Origin: an uncultured delta proteobacterium
Lineage (GTDB): Bacteria; Desulfobacterota; Binatia; UBA9968
Length of the DNA stretch: 64,000 nucleotides
Assembly: GCA_963727625.1 (NCBI GenBank)
Contig: CAVSHR010000002.1
Span: 704,001 to 768,000, forward strand
Direction: 5' to 3'
Shown here: positions 1-11,599 of the stretch, piece by piece
Numbering within the stretch: position 1 is the first letter of the stretch
Layout: every line of letters begins with the position of its first letter
The notes under the pieces: generated by a model
Told to the model about the DNA's origin: nothing
The model's database searches: none
Seen by the model: only the letters and a program-made list of their open reading frames with translations
Position numbers and translations under genes: made by a program

Positions 1-954
1 GTGAAACCCGCGCGCCTCGAACAGATCGAGAATTTTTTGGTGCACTTCCCTGCCGTTGACGCCGTCGTGGATATTGTCATAGCCGATCTTCTGCCCGGTC
101 TGAACGGTGGCGTAAATTTCTTTGAGCTTGTCCGAGGCGCGGCCGCGCACTACCGTACGGCTCAAATCGCCGAAGTAACCGTTTTGTTGCGAGCGCGGAA
201 AGATGTCGAAAATGATCGAGGTGTTTGCCTTGATCGGCCCGCTGCCCTCGTGATGGGGATCGACGCATTGATTTCCCGAAGAGATAATCGTGTGGCTCGG
301 CAGCCAGCCCTGCGCCATGATCGTAGTATTCACCGCGGTCTTGAGCATCTCGGAAGTAAGCCGGGTGCCGTTCAGATAAAGATAGCCGTCGCGCTTGAAC
401 TTGGTGTGTTTGAGCATGCGGATGCCCGCATCGAGCCCGAGCCGGGCGACGCGTAGGGAGTCGGTGATGTGTTTGACTTCGAGGCGATATTTGGTTTCGC
501 GTTCGGCCCAAAACGGATCGCGTTTGATCTGCACGCTGTACCCTTTGGTCCGAAGCTGGTCGGAGAGCAGCGCGGGAAAATTCGCCGGCACGATGAGCGA
601 GCGGACGCCGCGTTCGCGGAACAATAGATCGAGAATGTCGATGATACCGATGGGCGTTTTGCCGAGCTTACGCAATTTGCGCTGGTAGAGCGACAGCGAA
701 AGAACGCGATCCACCTGGGCCTGCTTCTTGGCGCGGTCGATTTCCAAGTCGCTCAGCACGGCGAACTTGACGTTTCTATGTTGAAAAAAAATAAACGGAT
801 CCGGAACAAAGAAGCCGGTGGCGTAAAGTATATTGGAATCGCCCTCACTGGCGGCGACGATGAGCAGCGCTTGATCCTTGCGCGGGTTTGCAGATTTGCC
901 GCTGCGGACTTTGGTTCTCGTGTTAGCTGGGGGATTGCGTTTTGAATCAAACAT
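1..954 (-). CDS. Xaa-Pro peptidase family (M24) protein, 3' end runs off the window
   Basis: Not in the ORF track (no stop in window). Manual translation from ATG at 954: MFDSKRN...DSNILYATGFFVPDPF...CVDPHHEGSGPIKANTSIIFDIFPRSQQNGYFGDLSRTVVRG; creatinase-like N-domain plus M24 H, D, D-x-(S/T)-R-T motifs. Confidence 0.9.
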   Translation of the reverse strand, partial: MFDSKRNPPANTRTKVRSGKSANPRKDQALLIVAASEGDSNILYATGFFVPDPFIFFQHRNVKFAVLSDLEIDRAKKQAQVDRVLSLSLYQRKLRKLGKTPIGIIDILDLLFRERGVRSLIVPANFPALLSDQLRTKGYSVQIKRDPFWAERETKYRLEVKHITDSLRVARLGLDAGIRMLKHTKFKRDGYLYLNGTRLTSEMLKTAVNTTIMAQGWLPSHTIISSGNQCVDPHHEGSGPIKANTSIIFDIFPRSQQNGYFGDLSRTVVRGRASDKLKEIYATVQTGQKIGYDNIHDGVNGREVHQKILDLFEARGFH

Positions 955-1065
955 AGAATTTTTGCTCGTCGAGGTCTCTGTCGTCGTTGATCGCTAGAAT
1001 AGTAACGCGCGGCGTCGACGAGCGCAACGTTCATCATCCTTGACGCTCGGTCCGCGCAAGCTCAG

Positions 1066-1093
1066 TTGACAGGGCAGGGGCTTTTGTTATGAT
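1066..1093 (+). promoter_or_regulatory. sigma70-type promoter for the carboxylase operon
   Basis: TTGACA-16-TATGAT with TG extension, about 60 bp upstream of ATG 1151. Confidence 0.6.
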
Positions 1094-1150
1094 TTAACCC
1101 ATTCTTTTTCGCGGAATTGCTCCGATTACGTATCTAAGGAATTTTTTTTC

Positions 1151-2701
1151 ATGTCCATAACGGATAACTTCGAGAAACTCCGTGAACTCAACCAAACGGC
1201 CGATGCCGGAGGAGGCGAAGAACGCTCGCGCCGCCAGCATGAACAAGGCAAGTTATTGGCCCGAGAGCGAATCGACATTCTGCTCGACAGCGGCAGCTTC
1301 GTCGAACTCGATCGCCTGCGCACGCATCAGTGCACCGATTTTGGCTTGGATAAGCAGAAATATTTGGGCGATGCGGTGGTCACCGGCTTTGGCGCCATCG
1401 ACGGCCGGCTCGTGTATGTCTACTCCCAGGACTTCACCGTTTTCGGCGGCAGCTTGAGCCGCGTCGTCGGGGATAAAATTTGCAAGGTGATGGACATGGC
1501 GATGAAAAACGGCGCGCCGCTCGTCGGCATCAACGATTCAGGCGGCGCGCGTATTCAGGAGGGCGTCGACAGCCTGGCGGGGTACGGTGAGATTTTCCAG
1601 CGCAACGTGCTGGCCTCCGGCGTCGTGCCGCAGATCACCGCGATCATGGGTCCCTGCGCCGGCGGTGCAGTTTACTCGCCGGCGATCACGGATTTCATCT
1701 TCATGATCAAGACCAACAGTTACATGTTTATCACGGGTCCCGACGTGATTAAGACCGTGACCCACGAAGAGGTGACCAAGGATGCGCTGGGCGGGGCGGA
1801 AACCCACGGCGGTAAAAGCGGCGTGGCTCATTTCACCGCCAACAGCGAAAAAGACTGTTTGTTGATGATCCGCGAGTTGATCGGCTTTCTCCCCGGCAAC
1901 AACCAGGAAGATCCGCCGTTTCGCGCCACTAGCGACGATCCGTTGCGGCGCGACAAGCGGCTCAAGGATTTGGTGCCGGACAATCCGAACCGGCCCTACG
2001 ATATGAAGGAACTTATAACTCTGGTCGTCGACGAAGGTTATTTTTTTGAAGTCCAGCCGGAATTCGCCCGCAATATTGTCGTCGGATTTGCTCACATCGG
2101 CGGCCGCTCGGTCGGCATTGTCGCGAATCAACCGGCGCACCTGGCCGGTTGTCTTGACATCAACGCTTCGGTGAAAGCCGCACGTTTCATCCGCTTCTGT
2201 GATTGTTTCAACATTCCCATCGTGACTTTCGTCGACGTGCCGGGTTTTCTCCCGGGCACCGATCAGGAATATCACGGCATCATCCGCCACGGTGCCAAAC
2301 TGCTCTACGCCTACGCCGAAGCCACTGTGCCGAAGGTGACGATCGTAACCCGCAAGGCTTATGGCGGCGGCTATATCGTCATGTCGAGCAAGCATCTGCG
2401 CGGAGACATTAACTTGGCCTATCCCACTGGCGAAATTGCCGTGATGGGACCCGAGGGCGCCATCAATATCGTCTTCCGCGAGCAGCTGCAAAAGTCTTCT
2501 GATCCGGCCAAGATGCGCGACGAAATGGTCAGTAACTATCGCCAAACTTTTGCCAACCCGTTCAAGGCGGCGGAATCGGGTTACGTCGACGCGGTGATTT
2601 ATCCGGAAGAGACCCGGCCGACGCTGATCCGTGCTCTCGAGATGCTAAAAAATAAACAAGACCACATTCCGCCCAAGAAGCATGGTAATATTCCACTCTA
2701 A
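1151..2701 (+). CDS. pccB: acyl-CoA (propionyl-CoA) carboxylase carboxyltransferase beta subunit
   Basis: [38 protein letters not shown] motifs; 516 aa. Confidence 0.92.
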   Translation: MSITDNFEKLRELNQTADAGGGEERSRRQHEQGKLLARERIDILLDSGSFVELDRLRTHQCTDFGLDKQKYLGDAVVTGFGAIDGRLVYVYSQDFTVFGGSLSRVVGDKICKVMDMAMKNGAPLVGINDSGGARIQEGVDSLAGYGEIFQRNVLASGVVPQITAIMGPCAGGAVYSPAITDFIFMIKTNSYMFITGPDVIKTVTHEEVTKDALGGAETHGGKSGVAHFTANSEKDCLLMIRELIGFLPGNNQEDPPFRATSDDPLRRDKRLKDLVPDNPNRPYDMKELITLVVDEGYFFEVQPEFARNIVVGFAHIGGRSVGIVANQPAHLAGCLDINASVKAARFIRFCDCFNIPIVTFVDVPGFLPGTDQEYHGIIRHGAKLLYAYAEATVPKVTIVTRKAYGGGYIVMSSKHLRGDINLAYPTGEIAVMGPEGAINIVFREQLQKSSDPAKMRDEMVSNYRQTFANPFKAAESGYVDAVIYPEETRPTLIRALEMLKNKQDHIPPKKHGNIPL

Positions 2702-2703
2702 AA

Positions 2704-2783
2704 GAGGCGCGAGGCGACAGGCTAGAGGCGCGAGAAAAACGAAAGAGTTTTCCTGCTCACGCCCCACGCCCCACGCCTCGCGC
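2704..2783. repeat. inverted array of GC-rich heptamer repeats
   Basis: GAGGCGC GAGGCGA CAGGCTA GAGGCGC ... CTCACGC CCCACGC CCCACGC CTCGCGC. Confidence 0.8.
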
Positions 2784-2793
2784 CCATTCGTAC

Positions 2794-4335
2794 ATGTTTA
2801 AACGAGTTCTTATTGCTAATCGCGGCGAGATCGCGGTGCGCATCGCGCGCGCCTGTCGCGAGCTGGATATTGAAACAGTCGCGGTCTATTCCGAAGCCGA
2901 CCGCGAATCCTTGCATGTCAAATACGCGGACTACGCCTATCTCATCGGGCCGCCCCCTTCGGCTCAGAGCTATCTAGCAATCGATCGGATCATTGACGTT
3001 TGTAAGAAAAGCGGCGCCGAGGCAGTGCACCCGGGCTACGGCTTTTTGGCCGAGAACGTCGCCTTCGCGCAGCGCTGCAAGGAAGAGGGGATCGTCTTCA
3101 TCGGCCCTTCGCCCCGGGTGATCGATCAGATGGGCGACAAGGTCAAAGCACGCCAGATCATGAAAGCGGCCGGCGTGCCGGTGGTCCCGGGTTCCGACGG
3201 TATCTTAACTTCCGAAGAAGAGGTGCTGAAAACCATCGAGTCGATCGGCTACCCCTGCATGCTCAAGGCCGTGGCCGGTGGCGGCGGCAAGGGACTACGG
3301 TTGGTGCGCGCTCGTCGTGAAGTGGCCTCGGCGTTTCGCGCCGTCGGCTCGGAAGCGTCGTCTTCGTTCGGCGACGCCCGCCTTTATGTCGAGAAATTCA
3401 TCGAAAAGCCGCGCCATATAGAGATCCAGATTCTCGCCGACAACTACGGCCACGTCATTCACCTTTACGACCGCGAGTGCTCGATCCAACGGAGGCATCA
3501 AAAAGTACTCGAGGAGTCGCCGGCGCCGGGAATGGATGACCGCACAAGGCGGCGGATTGGCCGGATCGCCATCCAAGGCGCGCGCGCGGTCGGCTACGTC
3601 GGCGCCGGGACGCTGGAGTTTCTACTTGACCAGGAGCAGAATTTTTATTTTCTCGAGATGAATACACGCCTGCAGGTCGAGCATGCGGTGACGGAACGAG
3701 TCGTCGGCATCGATCTGGTCAAGGCGCAGATCGAAGTGGCTGCGGGCGGCTATCTGCCCTGGCGCCAGCGCCATATCACCCAGACCGGCCACGCCATCGA
3801 GTGCCGCATTTACGCCGAAGACCCGGAACAAGATTTTATGCCCTGCCCGGGCAAGATCGAAGGCTTGCGCTTGCCCGAAGGCTTGGGACTGAGAAACGAT
3901 TGTGGTGTTTACGAAGGCGCTGAGGTGCCGATCTATTACGATCCAATGATCGCCAAACTGATCACCTGGGGCGAGAACCGGGTAGAGGCGATCCTGCGCA
4001 TGCGCCGCGCGCTGCGCGAATACCAAGTTCGGGGTATTAAAACCAACATTTCGTTTAATCAGTGGATCTTGCGCCATCCGCGTTTTATGTCGGGGGACGT
4101 GAATACCGGATTTATCGACCAGGAATTCCGGGCATCCGACAGCGAAGAGATGCTACCGCACAAGGAGATAGCGCTCGCCTCCGCGGCGATTGCCGCGCTG
4201 CACCGCGAGCAGGAGCAGACCTTGGGTCTGCTGGCCAAGGGCGCCGCAGAGCAATCCCGTTGGCGTGAACAAGGAAAGCGCAACGCCTTGCGGCGCGATT
4301 TTACCGTCATTAACCGCGGTCGGCGCCGCTCCTAG
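2794..4335 (+). CDS. accC: biotin carboxylase subunit
   Basis: LIANRGEIA, HPGYGFLAEN, GGGGKG, RECSIQRRHQK, EMNTRLQVEH, YYDPMIAKL. Confidence 0.95.
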   Translation: MFKRVLIANRGEIAVRIARACRELDIETVAVYSEADRESLHVKYADYAYLIGPPPSAQSYLAIDRIIDVCKKSGAEAVHPGYGFLAENVAFAQRCKEEGIVFIGPSPRVIDQMGDKVKARQIMKAAGVPVVPGSDGILTSEEEVLKTIESIGYPCMLKAVAGGGGKGLRLVRARREVASAFRAVGSEASSSFGDARLYVEKFIEKPRHIEIQILADNYGHVIHLYDRECSIQRRHQKVLEESPAPGMDDRTRRRIGRIAIQGARAVGYVGAGTLEFLLDQEQNFYFLEMNTRLQVEHAVTERVVGIDLVKAQIEVAAGGYLPWRQRHITQTGHAIECRIYAEDPEQDFMPCPGKIEGLRLPEGLGLRNDCGVYEGAEVPIYYDPMIAKLITWGENRVEAILRMRRALREYQVRGIKTNISFNQWILRHPRFMSGDVNTGFIDQEFRASDSEEMLPHKEIALASAAIAALHREQEQTLGLLAKGAAEQSRWREQGKRNALRRDFTVINRGRRRS

Positions 4336-4347
4336 GATCCGCTTGTC

Positions 4348-4851
4348 ATGGCATTTATCGCCAAGCTCGGCGATCAGAGTTACACCGTCGAAATTGAAGA
4401 GAGCGGTAAGTCCGTCTATCGGGTTTCGGTGGATGGCAATGAATTTCTGGTCGACGGCAAAAAAACCGGCCGGACCAACTATTCGCTGATCGTCGATAAC
4501 CGATCCTTTGAAATTGAAGTTGACAACAGCGACGACGAGTACCGGGTGCTGGTCGACGGGCGCAATTATCGCATTCATCTGGTCGACGAGCGGCGTGTGC
4601 GCATCGGCGGCACTCAATCGGGCGTCGAGCTCAAGGGACGGCAGAATGTGTCTGTGCCGATGCCGGGCAAAATCATCGCGGTCTTGGTGGCCGAAGGCGA
4701 CGCGGTGGAGAAGGGACAGGGGCTGGTCATCGTCGAGGCGATGAAGATGGAAAATGAAGTGCGCAGCCCGATCGCCGGCGAAGTGAGGGAGATCAAGGTC
4801 AAGCCGGGCGACACCGTGGAAGGCGGCGCCCCGCTACTGGTCGTGGAGTAG
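4348..4851 (+). CDS. biotin carboxyl carrier protein
   Basis: PMPGKI...EAMKMENE biotinylation motif; N-terminal beta-rich domain. Confidence 0.93.
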   Translation: MAFIAKLGDQSYTVEIEESGKSVYRVSVDGNEFLVDGKKTGRTNYSLIVDNRSFEIEVDNSDDEYRVLVDGRNYRIHLVDERRVRIGGTQSGVELKGRQNVSVPMPGKIIAVLVAEGDAVEKGQGLVIVEAMKMENEVRSPIAGEVREIKVKPGDTVEGGAPLLVVE

Positions 4852-4919
4852 ACGATGGTTAATCTTTTTGTGCGCCAAATTCTTGTGACTCCGTTTTATT
4901 CATGTTATAGCAGCGCAAA

Positions 4920-5471
4920 ATGATTCCGAAAAAAGTTTTTTTCACTAAGGGCGTTGGCGTTCACAAGGAGAAGTTGGCGTCGTTCGAGTTGGCGTTGCGT
5001 TCGGCCGGGTTGGCGTACTGCAATCTGGTGCTGGTTTCCAGTATCTACCCGCCGGGTTGCAAGCGGATCTCCAAGGAAGAAGGCATTAAGCTTCTCCGTC
5101 CCGGCGAGATCGTCTTTTGTGTCTACGACCGCGAAAGCACCAACGAACCGAACCGTTTGGTGGCGGCCTCGGTGGGCGTCGCTATTCCGGCCGATCAAGA
5201 GCAGCACGGCTATCTTTCCGAGCATCACTCTTTCGGCGAGACCGAAGAAAAAGCCGGCGAGTACGCGGAAGATCTGGCCGCCAGCATGCTTGCGACGACG
5301 CTCGGCATCGAGTTCGATCCGGATACGGCCTGGGACGAGCGGGAAAATCTTTTCAAAATGTCCGGCAAAATCGTGCGCACCTCGAACATCACCCAGTCGG
5401 CTATCGGCAACAAAGAGGGACTGTGGACGACCGTGTTCGCCGCCTGCGCTTTCATTAACGACGATAGCTAG
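4920..5471 (+). CDS. pdaD: pyruvoyl-dependent arginine decarboxylase
   Basis: [20 protein letters not shown] (Ser-Ser self-cleavage site), GYLSEHH. Confidence 0.9.
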   Translation: MIPKKVFFTKGVGVHKEKLASFELALRSAGLAYCNLVLVSSIYPPGCKRISKEEGIKLLRPGEIVFCVYDRESTNEPNRLVAASVGVAIPADQEQHGYLSEHHSFGETEEKAGEYAEDLAASMLATTLGIEFDPDTAWDERENLFKMSGKIVRTSNITQSAIGNKEGLWTTVFAACAFINDDS

Positions 5472-5610
5472 AGCTTCCTTCCTTTTCTCATTGATCATGG
5501 GTCTCATTCGTAGCTGACTTGCCGCGGTTAATGTGTCCGCGGTTAGGCGTGCACGGTCAATCGTCGGGGGTCCATCCAATCGCTTTACACCTCGCCCCTT
5601 ACCGATTTTT

Positions 5611-6384
5611 TTACTCCGCGTTCCGTTCCAGACGGTTCATTCTGAAACGAGCTGCATAGGCGACGACAATGCAGAGGCCGTAAAGCAGCGCTAGCGGCAC
5701 CATCAGCAGCACCTGGGAAATTAAGTCGGGCGGTGTCAAGACGGCGGCAAGCAGCGCGATCGCGATGATCGCGTAGCGGCCGTGGCGAATCAGAAAACGG
5801 TGATCGATGATGCCTACCCGGGCGAGAAAGAACGCGAGCACCGGCAGTTCGAACATGGTGCCGAAGGCGAGAACGAGCCGGGAAACCGCCGAGAGGTAGT
5901 TGCCGACCTGCAGCAACGGTTGAATATCGATCGCTTCATAGCGGCGGAGCAGAAAGCCCAACCCGAGCTGGACGACGATTTCGTAGCAAAAAGCCGCTCC
6001 CGCGATGAAAAAAAACGAACCGAATAGGACAAAGCTTTTGGTGTAGCGCTTTTCATGCTCGTACAGGCCCGGCGCGATGAACTGCCAGAGCTGCCAGAGC
6101 AGCACCGGCAAGGCGAGAATCACGGCCGCTGCAAAAGAAACTTTCATCTTGGTAAAAAACGCTTCGGTGACCGAGGTGCCAATCAGCGTTAGCCCGCGGA
6201 TATGCAAGCGGCGCAGCGGCGCGGCTAGGACAGCAAAAATATCGTCTACTACGGCGTAGCAAGCAATGAAGCCCAGTGCGACCGCTAGAACACTTTTAAT
6301 CAACCGATTGCGCAGCTCGGCGAGATGGGAGGTAAAGGGCATCTGGACGTCAGAAGCTCGTCCATTACCCTCAATCGTGCTCAC
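5611..6384 (-). CDS. tatC: twin-arginine translocase subunit TatC
   Basis: [33 protein letters not shown]. Confidence 0.96.
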   Translation of the reverse strand: MSTIEGNGRASDVQMPFTSHLAELRNRLIKSVLAVALGFIACYAVVDDIFAVLAAPLRRLHIRGLTLIGTSVTEAFFTKMKVSFAAAVILALPVLLWQLWQFIAPGLYEHEKRYTKSFVLFGSFFFIAGAAFCYEIVVQLGLGFLLRRYEAIDIQPLLQVGNYLSAVSRLVLAFGTMFELPVLAFFLARVGIIDHRFLIRHGRYAIIAIALLAAVLTPPDLISQVLLMVPLALLYGLCIVVAYAARFRMNRLERNAE

Positions 6385-6653
6385 TTTTTCTCTGGCGCGG
6401 CAGTCGAGTCCGCGCCGGCGGGCTCAGTGGGGTTTTCTAACGGCTGCTCGTCTTGGGCGGCCATGATCTGGGGTGAGTCGTCGACTTCGTGCTCCATCTG
6501 GCGAAACTCTTGCTTGAGTTCATCGGTGGCGCGGCGAAATTCAGCCATGCCTTTTCCGAGCGCCTTAGCGAGTTCGGGGAGTTTTTTGGGACCGAGGACG
6601 ATCAGGGCCAGCCCCAGGATCAACAATAACTCTGGCATACCGATGCCGAACAT
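6381..6653 (-). CDS. tatB: twin-arginine translocase TatA/TatB family subunit
   Basis: [26 protein letters not shown] plus amphipathic helix; overlaps tatC start; TatA versus TatB not certain. Confidence 0.8.
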   Translation of the reverse strand: MFGIGMPELLLILGLALIVLGPKKLPELAKALGKGMAEFRRATDELKQEFRQMEHEVDDSPQIMAAQDEQPLENPTEPAGADSTAAPEKK

Positions 6654-6739
6654 GACTCTAAGCTATGCGATTTCCCGAAATTTGGCAAGGTTCAGCGCTG
6701 GTTTTGCAGCGTCTTCGTTTTATATGTTAGGTTGATATT

Positions 6740-7768
6740 GTGAAGCCCAGCGCTGTCGTAGTCGATCCCGAATACCTGAAGCATCTTCCCGGCAAAGCTC
6801 ATCCCGAGCGGCCCGAGCGCATCGGCGTACTGCTTGATTTGGCGCGCCAACTGGACCGGCGAACATTTGCTATCTTGCCCCCGAAAGCCGCAAATCGTAC
6901 CGAGGTGGAACGGATCCATGGAGCGGATTATGTTCGCTTGGTCGAATCAACGTCCACGGTGAATCACTACGCCTTGGACGGCGACACGATCACTTGTCGG
7001 GACTCTTTCGCTGTTAGCTTGCTTGCAGCCGGCGGCTTTTTGAACATGCTCGATGCGATTGCCGCCGGTGAAAACCAAAACGGCTTTGCGCTGGTGCGCC
7101 CGCCCGGCCATCATGCCTTGCGTGGTCGGGCGATGGGTTTTTGTCTGTTCAATACGATGGCGATCGGCGCCGAGTACCTGAAGAGCACTTATGGCGTGAA
7201 GAAGATCTTAATCGTGGATTGGGATGTCCATCACGGTAACGGCACCCAGGATGCGTTTTATGATGATCCGTCGGTGTTCTTCATCTCGACCCATCAGTTT
7301 CCCTTTTACCCGGGTAGCGGCGCAGTGAATGAAATCGGCGTCGGCGCCGGCGAGGGCTTCACGATCAACGTGCCTCTGCCCGCGGGCTGCGCCGACCGGC
7401 AATACCTTCAAGTCTTTCAAGACGTGATCGTCCCCGCGGCGCTAAGCTTCCAGCCCGAATGGATTCTAGTTTCCGCCGGTTTTGATGCGCACCGGCGCGA
7501 TCCTCTCGGCGGGATGGGCGTTACCGAACGAGGCTTCGGCGCGATGGCGCGCGCGCTGCTTGCGCTGTCTGATAAATTTTGCGCCGGCCGCATCGGCTTT
7601 TTACTTGAGGGCGGTTACGATCTCACCGGGCTGCGCGATTCGGTCGCGGCGGTGCTGACCGAGATGCAAAACCCCGTGCGTACCGCGATCGATTCGTTGC
7701 CGCAAGCCGAAAGCGGCCTCGAACCACTGCTTCGCCGCATGCTGCAAGTGCACGAAAAATATCGATAA
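6740..7768 (+). CDS. histone deacetylase family (Zn-dependent) amidohydrolase
   Basis: HPERPER, RPPGHH, DWDVHHGNGTQ, SAGFD, EGGY. Confidence 0.93.
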   Translation: MKPSAVVVDPEYLKHLPGKAHPERPERIGVLLDLARQLDRRTFAILPPKAANRTEVERIHGADYVRLVESTSTVNHYALDGDTITCRDSFAVSLLAAGGFLNMLDAIAAGENQNGFALVRPPGHHALRGRAMGFCLFNTMAIGAEYLKSTYGVKKILIVDWDVHHGNGTQDAFYDDPSVFFISTHQFPFYPGSGAVNEIGVGAGEGFTINVPLPAGCADRQYLQVFQDVIVPAALSFQPEWILVSAGFDAHRRDPLGGMGVTERGFGAMARALLALSDKFCAGRIGFLLEGGYDLTGLRDSVAAVLTEMQNPVRTAIDSLPQAESGLEPLLRRMLQVHEKYR

Positions 7769-7780
7769 ACCAAAATACTA

Positions 7781-7809
7781 TTGACCGTCCGGGCCGACTC
7801 ATCTATCTT
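7781..7809 (+). promoter_or_regulatory. sigma70-type promoter for fabF-fabH
   Basis: TTGACC-17-TATCTT. Confidence 0.5.
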
Positions 7810-7850
7810 AACGTCGCAAATCCGCTACAGATTGGTTACGAATCGTGAAC

Positions 7851-9095
7851 ATGAATGAACAACGCAGGGTTGTCGTGACGGGACTTGGTTTAGTTTCGCC
7901 TCTGGGCACGGGTGTGGAGAAAAACTGGCAGGCCCTATTGGATGGTCGGTCCGGCATCCGCAAGATATCGCGCTTTGCCGCGGACGGCTTTGCCTCGCGC
8001 ATCGCAGGAGAAGTGCCGGACTTCAAGGCCGAGGATTTCATCGAGCCCAAAGAGATCAAGAAGATGGATCTCTTCATTCAATACGCGATGGGTGCGGCGA
8101 GCATGGCGATGGACGACAGCGGCTTGAAGATAGAAGGTGATTTCGCCGAGGCCGTGGGTGTGATCATCGGCGTTGGCTTCTGCGGCATCGAGACGATTGA
8201 AAGCACTAAAGAAGCTTTGCTGAACGGTGGCCCGCGCAAAATTTCGCCATTTTTTATTCCCAAAGTAATCTCAAATTTGGCCCCGGGCCATGTGGCGATC
8301 CGCTATGGCGCCAAGGGCGTCAACTGGACGCCGACCTCCGCGTGCGCTTCGGGTACCCATGCCATCGGCGAAGCGTTTCAATTGATCCGTCGCGGTCTGC
8401 AAGAAGCGGTGATCACCGGCGGCGCGGAGGCTGCGATCACGCCGCTCGGCGTCGGCGGGTTTGCCGCCATGAAGGCGCTGTCGACGCGCAATGACGATCC
8501 CGAACGGGCGAGCCGGCCGTTCGACAAGGAGCGTGACGGGTTTGTCATCGGCGAGGGTTCCGGGATGTTGATCCTGGAAGAGCGCGAGCATGCGCTCCAG
8601 CGAGGCGCAAAAATCTACGCCGAAGTGATAGGCTACGGTGCCAACGGCGATGCCTATCACATGACGGCCCCGGCTCCCGAAGGGGAAGGGGCGGCGCGCT
8701 GTATGCGTTTGGCGCTCAAGGACGCGGGGATTTTGCCGAGCGACGTGGATTACATCAACGCTCATGGCACCTCGACGGAGTACAACGACGCCAATGAAAC
8801 CACGGCGATTAAAGCCATCTTCGGTGAACAAGCGGTGAAAGTGGCGGTGAGCTCGACTAAATCGATGACCGGCCATTTGCTCGGCGCGGCCGGAGCGGTG
8901 GAGGGCGTCTATTCGGCGCTGGCTCTCTACCGTGGGATGATCCCGCCGACAATCAATTACGAAAATCCCGATCCGGTTTGCGATCTCGACTACGTGCCCA
9001 ATCAGGCGCGCAAGGCGGACATTAAAGTCGTGCTGTCAAATTCTTTCGGCTTCGGCGGCACCAACGCCTGCGTTATCTTGCGGAGGGCCGAATGA
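7851..9095 (+). CDS. fabF: beta-ketoacyl-ACP synthase II
   Basis: [32 protein letters not shown]; ATG 7851 chosen over GTG 7845. Confidence 0.95.
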   Translation: MNEQRRVVVTGLGLVSPLGTGVEKNWQALLDGRSGIRKISRFAADGFASRIAGEVPDFKAEDFIEPKEIKKMDLFIQYAMGAASMAMDDSGLKIEGDFAEAVGVIIGVGFCGIETIESTKEALLNGGPRKISPFFIPKVISNLAPGHVAIRYGAKGVNWTPTSACASGTHAIGEAFQLIRRGLQEAVITGGAEAAITPLGVGGFAAMKALSTRNDDPERASRPFDKERDGFVIGEGSGMLILEEREHALQRGAKIYAEVIGYGANGDAYHMTAPAPEGEGAARCMRLALKDAGILPSDVDYINAHGTSTEYNDANETTAIKAIFGEQAVKVAVSSTKSMTGHLLGAAGAVEGVYSALALYRGMIPPTINYENPDPVCDLDYVPNQARKADIKVVLSNSFGFGGTNACVILRRAE

Positions 9096-10084
9096 GCGGC
9101 TCGCAAAGGCGCAGTGTTATCCTTGGCACGGGCTCCGAAGTCCCTGCTAGGATCGTCACCAATCACGAATTGGAAAAGATGGTCGATACCAGCGACGAGT
9201 GGATTACCGTGCGCACCGGGATTAAAGAACGGCGCGTTCTCGAAGAGGGGAGAGGCAATGCCGACATGGCAGTTCAAGCCGCTCGGCGAGCCCTCGACGA
9301 CGCCGGCATGGATGCCAAGGAACTCGACGCCATCATCATGGGAACCGTCAGTGCAGATTATTTAATGCCGAGCTCGGCATGCGTGCTGGAAGACATGCTT
9401 GGCGCACGCAACGCGTTTTCCTTCGATGTCGGCGCGGCGTGCTCGGGATTTATCAACGCAATCTCAGTGGCGGATTGTTATATTCGCTCGGGCAAGATCA
9501 ACAAGGCTCTGGTCGTCGGCTCCGACACTTTGAGCCGTTGGCTCAACTGGCAAGATCGCACCACCTGCATTCTTTTTGGTGACGCCGCCGGCGCAGCGGT
9601 CTTGGGCGCTTCAGAAAACGGCTCCGGGATTCTTAGCACGAAGCTCTGCACCGACGGGTCTTACGTCAAGACTCTCTATGTTCCGGCCGGCGGGTCGCTG
9701 AAACCGGCCACGCTGGAAACGGTTCGGAACAACGAGCACACGATTACCATGAACGGCAAGGAAGTCTTCAAAATCGCAGTGCGCTCTATGGAGGAGGTCA
9801 GCCGCCAAGCCCTGGCTGAAGCCGGCGTCGGCATCGACCAGGTTTCGCTGGTGATTCCCCATCAAGCCAATAAACGGATCATCGTCGCCTTGGCCGAGCG
9901 GCTCGGCGTGCCAATGGAAAAAGTCATGGTGAATCTCGATAAGTACGGCAATACATCCGCTGCGTCGATTCCCGTCGCTCTAGACGAAGCCCGGCGCCAG
10001 GGCCGAATCAACCCCGGCGATATCGTTTTAATGAATGCTTTCGGGGCCGGATTTGCCTGGGGTGGCGCGGTAGTCAAATTCTAG
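9092..10084 (+). CDS. fabH: beta-ketoacyl-ACP synthase III
   Basis: [30 protein letters not shown]. Confidence 0.95.
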   Translation: MSGSQRRSVILGTGSEVPARIVTNHELEKMVDTSDEWITVRTGIKERRVLEEGRGNADMAVQAARRALDDAGMDAKELDAIIMGTVSADYLMPSSACVLEDMLGARNAFSFDVGAACSGFINAISVADCYIRSGKINKALVVGSDTLSRWLNWQDRTTCILFGDAAGAAVLGASENGSGILSTKLCTDGSYVKTLYVPAGGSLKPATLETVRNNEHTITMNGKEVFKIAVRSMEEVSRQALAEAGVGIDQVSLVIPHQANKRIIVALAERLGVPMEKVMVNLDKYGNTSAASIPVALDEARRQGRINPGDIVLMNAFGAGFAWGGAVVKF

Positions 10085-10110
10085 CGGCTTTTCCACCCGT
10101 TGATCGTCTT

Positions 10111-11451
10111 TCACGTAGTTTTCTCCGCGGTCTCGGCGCGCAGCGCCTCCAGCTTGCCGCTGATCTCGACCGGGAAACGGCTCGGCTCTCTGATCGCGCG
10201 CACGGCTTCGGGAAGCGCGGCCCAATCGGAGGCGAAAACCGCGCGCAGTTCCGCCAATGAGGGATCGATCGAAATTTTTCTACCGTCGCGCATCACTTCC
10301 TTCAACAAGCGCTCGCCGGCGACTTCCTCGTCGCGTAGACCGATGATATCGAGACTGAATTTTCCCTCGTCGTCGCGCCGGCGAAACACCTGCTTTTTGC
10401 CTGGGCAAGATGCCTTGCCCGGGCTGAGCTTTAGCACCGGCCGGGATTGATACTCGACGAGCTTGTAGGCGACATCCGCCCAGGGAGCATCGGCCGAAGT
10501 GCCCATCTTGGTGCCGACGCCGTAACTATCGCAGGGTACGTTCGCCGCATTTAGTTCGGCGAGCGCAAATTCGTCGAGACCGCCGCTGCCGATGATCTTC
10601 ACTGCTTTGAGATCCGCCCCATCAAGAATTCGACGAACATCGACGGCTGCAGTTGCCAAATCCCCGCTGTCTATACGCACGCCGATTAATTTTTGCCCGC
10701 GGCCAGCCATTTCCTTGGCTACTTGTACGGCGTTGCGTGCGCCGGCAAGGGTGTCGTAGGTATCGATCAAGAGGATCGCGTTATTCGGAAAGCTTGCGAT
10801 GTAAGCGCGAAAGGCGTCGATCTCACTGTTAAAGCTCGATACGAAGGAATGGGCCATGGTGCCGACCAGCGGGATGCCGTAGCGCTGGCCGGCCATAACG
10901 TTGCTGGTTCCAGCGAAGCCGGTAAGATAGCTGGCGCGGGCGACCTTCATGCCGGCGTCGCTGCCGTGGGTGCGGCGTAGCGCGAAGTCGACCACCGGCC
11001 GCCCGCCCGCGCCATTCACGCAGCGGGCGGCCTTGCTGGCAATCAACGTCTGAAGATGAATCTGGTTGATAATAAAGGTCTCGGCGATCTGCGCTTGGAT
11101 CATCGGCCCGGTCAGTTCAAGCACGGGCTCGTTGGTAAAAAAAATCCGTCCTTCGGGCATCGCCCAGACTTGTCCGGTGAAGCGCAGATTTGAAAGGTAG
11201 TCCAAGAAATCGTCGGAAAAGATTTTTTGTCCGGCGAGAAACGCGATTGCCGCGGGCTCGAAGGCGAAGTTTTCGAGGGAGTCCAGGACATCCTGCAGTC
11301 CAGCAGCGACAAAATAGCCGCGGTTGGGCGGATAGGAACGGATGAACAGGCTGAAAGTCGCACTGCCGATGTGCCGTTCGCGAAAGTACGCTTGAGCCAT
11401 GGTCAACTGGTAAAGATCGGTGAGGAGCGTATAATTTGGGCCGCTGGCCAT
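10111..11451 (-). CDS. pncB: nicotinate phosphoribosyltransferase
   Basis: LLTDLYQLTM, DFALRR, GTMAHS, LIDTYD, GVRIDSGD. Confidence 0.94.
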   Translation of the reverse strand: MASGPNYTLLTDLYQLTMAQAYFRERHIGSATFSLFIRSYPPNRGYFVAAGLQDVLDSLENFAFEPAAIAFLAGQKIFSDDFLDYLSNLRFTGQVWAMPEGRIFFTNEPVLELTGPMIQAQIAETFIINQIHLQTLIASKAARCVNGAGGRPVVDFALRRTHGSDAGMKVARASYLTGFAGTSNVMAGQRYGIPLVGTMAHSFVSSFNSEIDAFRAYIASFPNNAILLIDTYDTLAGARNAVQVAKEMAGRGQKLIGVRIDSGDLATAAVDVRRILDGADLKAVKIIGSGGLDEFALAELNAANVPCDSYGVGTKMGTSADAPWADVAYKLVEYQSRPVLKLSPGKASCPGKKQVFRRRDDEGKFSLDIIGLRDEEVAGERLLKEVMRDGRKISIDPSLAELRAVFASDWAALPEAVRAIREPSRFPVEISGKLEALRAETAEKTT

Positions 11452-11599
11452 CGAATGGTTCTCTCCGGGTTTGCGCCAGTCTAGTGAAAAGGGACTTTCG
11501 AGTAAAGCATTCGAGTGGGCGCTTCTGTATTGATTTTCCCGACCTGTTTTGTTAAGAATTTATTAGTTGCGTCGCTTAATTAGCGTCAAGGAGGGATTG

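Noticed and set aside
1-1037. ORF-track ORFs 1..456, 77..511, 395..688, 753..1037
   Set aside because: Shadows of the real minus-strand M24 peptidase (954..1), which the track missed.
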